Shown: piece by piece, positions 62,798 to 64,000 of the stretch
Numbering within the stretch: the stretch's first letter is position 1
Layout: every line of letters starts with the position of its first letter
Virus record (IMG/VR): IMGVR_UViG_3300049215_000802
Location: 14,533-78,532 of that record
DNA: 64,000 nt
From: a virus
Strand: one strand, 5' to 3'
Position numbers and translations under genes: made by a program
The notes under the pieces: generated by a model
Told to the model about the DNA's origin: nothing
Seen by the model: the letters and a program-made list of their open reading frames with translations, nothing else
Database searches by the model: none

Positions 62798-64000
62798 TTC
62801 AGCCGGCATTCACCTATCAGCGTCTTCCGCGCCCAAGCTACCTCTTTGCCAACGATCAAAGATTCGCGAGTGCACTTTCTGGACTTCGAGTAGCCGGCCC
62901 ATACAGTGTCGGTGACTGCCCAAAGGAACCACGGATTCTTTTTGTCTTTCCAGACGAACTTCGAGACAAGGCCAACCAACTATTCCTTGCCCTGAAGAAC
63001 GGGGTTGGACCGTTTAGAGGTACGGAGAGCCTATTGCGTGTTCAGTTATCGGCTGGAGCTGTCAAAAGACTTCAACCTTTTTCAGTACAAAACATGCCCC
63101 ATGATCATGCGGCTACTGCATATCGATCGGCAATTGAGAAGTACCTCGCTACCAACCACCTGGACATCGACCTTGCACTTGTTATTCACAAAAAGACAGA
63201 AAGAACAGACCAAACTGGTAATCCCTATTTGACCAGTAAGTTTCCCTTGTTAGTCCGGAACATTCCAACCCAAGTGGTAACTGAGGAGCTTCTGGAGAGA
63301 GCCGAGACTTTTCAGTGGTCAGTTGCAAACATAGCGCTTGCTATGTTTGCAAAGATGGGTGGCCAACCTTGGGCAGTGGAATCAGGGCTAAGTGATGACA
63401 CGTTGGTCGTGGGAATCAATCGGGCGACTGTTGGTCAATCACGGCTGTATGCGTTTGCCAGTATTTTCGCGCATAACGGAACTTATCTAGGCACAACGCT
63501 GTCCAAGCCTGCCAACGATCGCGCTACCTATCTGCAAGCATTGCGGTCGACGGTTACCGATTCATTGACCGAATGGCGAGATCGGTTTGGAACTCCAGTT
63601 AATCTCGTACTCCACATGCGGAAGGAGGCTAGCAAGGAAGAGCTTGAGGTAATTGAGACGTGTATTCGAAGCGTGAGCACTGATATTGTACGGGCGCATG
63701 TCGCGCTTAGGCTCGCCCCTGGCGACTATATGGCGATAATTGATCCACAGAATGAGACTGGCACGCCGCCATTAGGTACCTATATCCAGTTAGGGTCGCA
63801 TCGTGCCATGCTGCAAATCTCGGGACAAGACCCAGACGGCTCCGCCTTTGGCAGGATCGTTAACTCGGGACCGTGGCACATTAATCGGTTGTACGAGTCG
63901 GCAAACGCTCCGCCACTCGATGTTCTCTGCACCCATATTCTGGCACTCTCGGCAATGAATTGGGCGAGCTTAAATGCTGAAGCATCGCCGGTGACCATAA
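62794..64000 (+). CDS. Prokaryotic Argonaute MID-PIWI protein, catalytically inactive (partial, no stop in window; missed by ORF track)
   Basis: Open frame of 402 codons: LF...GL...GPY; MID NPYLTSK, IPTQVV, NIALAMFAKMGGQPW; PIWI VVGIN, LVLHMRK, PPLGTY, LSAMNWAS...PVTI. Confidence 0.93.
   Translation, partial: MIQPAFTYQRLPRPSYLFANDQRFASALSGLRVAGPYSVGDCPKEPRILFVFPDELRDKANQLFLALKNGVGPFRGTESLLRVQLSAGAVKRLQPFSVQNMPHDHAATAYRSAIEKYLATNHLDIDLALVIHKKTERTDQTGNPYLTSKFPLLVRNIPTQVVTEELLERAETFQWSVANIALAMFAKMGGQPWAVESGLSDDTLVVGINRATVGQSRLYAFASIFAHNGTYLGTTLSKPANDRATYLQALRSTVTDSLTEWRDRFGTPVNLVLHMRKEASKEELEVIETCIRSVSTDIVRAHVALRLAPGDYMAIIDPQNETGTPPLGTYIQLGSHRAMLQISGQDPDGSAFGRIVNSGPWHINRLYESANAPPLDVLCTHILALSAMNWASLNAEASPVTI

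Larger units (their letters stand above)
56221..64000 (+). mobile_element. Lower-GC integrative/mobilisable island (extends beyond right edge)
   Basis: Abrupt compositional change; TA pair, relaxase-like and coupling-protein-like genes, RusA, defence cargo. Confidence 0.7.

Noticed and set aside
63005-63998. Track ORFs 63005-63232 (+) and 63780-63998 (-)
   Set aside because: They are alternate-frame shadows of the continuous Argonaute frame starting at 62794.
41424-64000. pPIWI-RE system (PIWI + restriction endonuclease + DinG)
   Set aside because: DinG belongs to a different element about 17 kb away on the opposite strand, and the PIWI protein has canonical pAgo MID motifs rather than the pPIWI-RE pattern.
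1-64000. Host taxonomic assignment (gene style suggests Chloroflexota)
   Set aside because: There are no core housekeeping or rRNA genes in the window, so it cannot be supported.

Overview
Three nested mobile layers plus a candidate defence locus. (1) 1-~50,190: most of a temperate siphovirus-like prophage, nearly all on the minus strand and running off the left edge. Left to right it carries the tail, neck, head and packaging genes, accessory genes, primase/helicase/methylase genes, a Cro/CI switch and a large serine integrase. Extras include tRNA-Thr, an initiator tRNA-Met, an RNA ligase followed by a tRNA-shaped ncRNA candidate, two HNH endonucleases, an intein in DinG, a -1 frameshift in the tail chaperones, and a major capsid gene that appears to start at ATT. 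(2) ~50,170-56,220: a GC-richer, repeat-laden remnant of a second phage head module (terminase, portal, Gly/Pro-rich protein, protease-scaffold-capsid fusion). Its capsid gene is cut where prophage 1 ends, and its terminase is cut at ~56,220. (3) ~56,221 to the right edge: a lower-GC plus-strand island with an AbrB/PIN toxin-antitoxin pair, a replication-relaxation protein, a VirD4-like ATPase and RusA. It ends in the most notable feature: a TaqI-like PD-(D/E)XK protein followed by a split, catalytically inactive prokaryotic Argonaute. The Argonaute consists of an N-L1-(PAZ*)-L2-like gene overlapping (GTGA) a MID-PIWI gene at 62,794 to >64,000, which the ORF track missed because it has no stop in the window. 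All family calls come from manual motif reading; no database searches were run.
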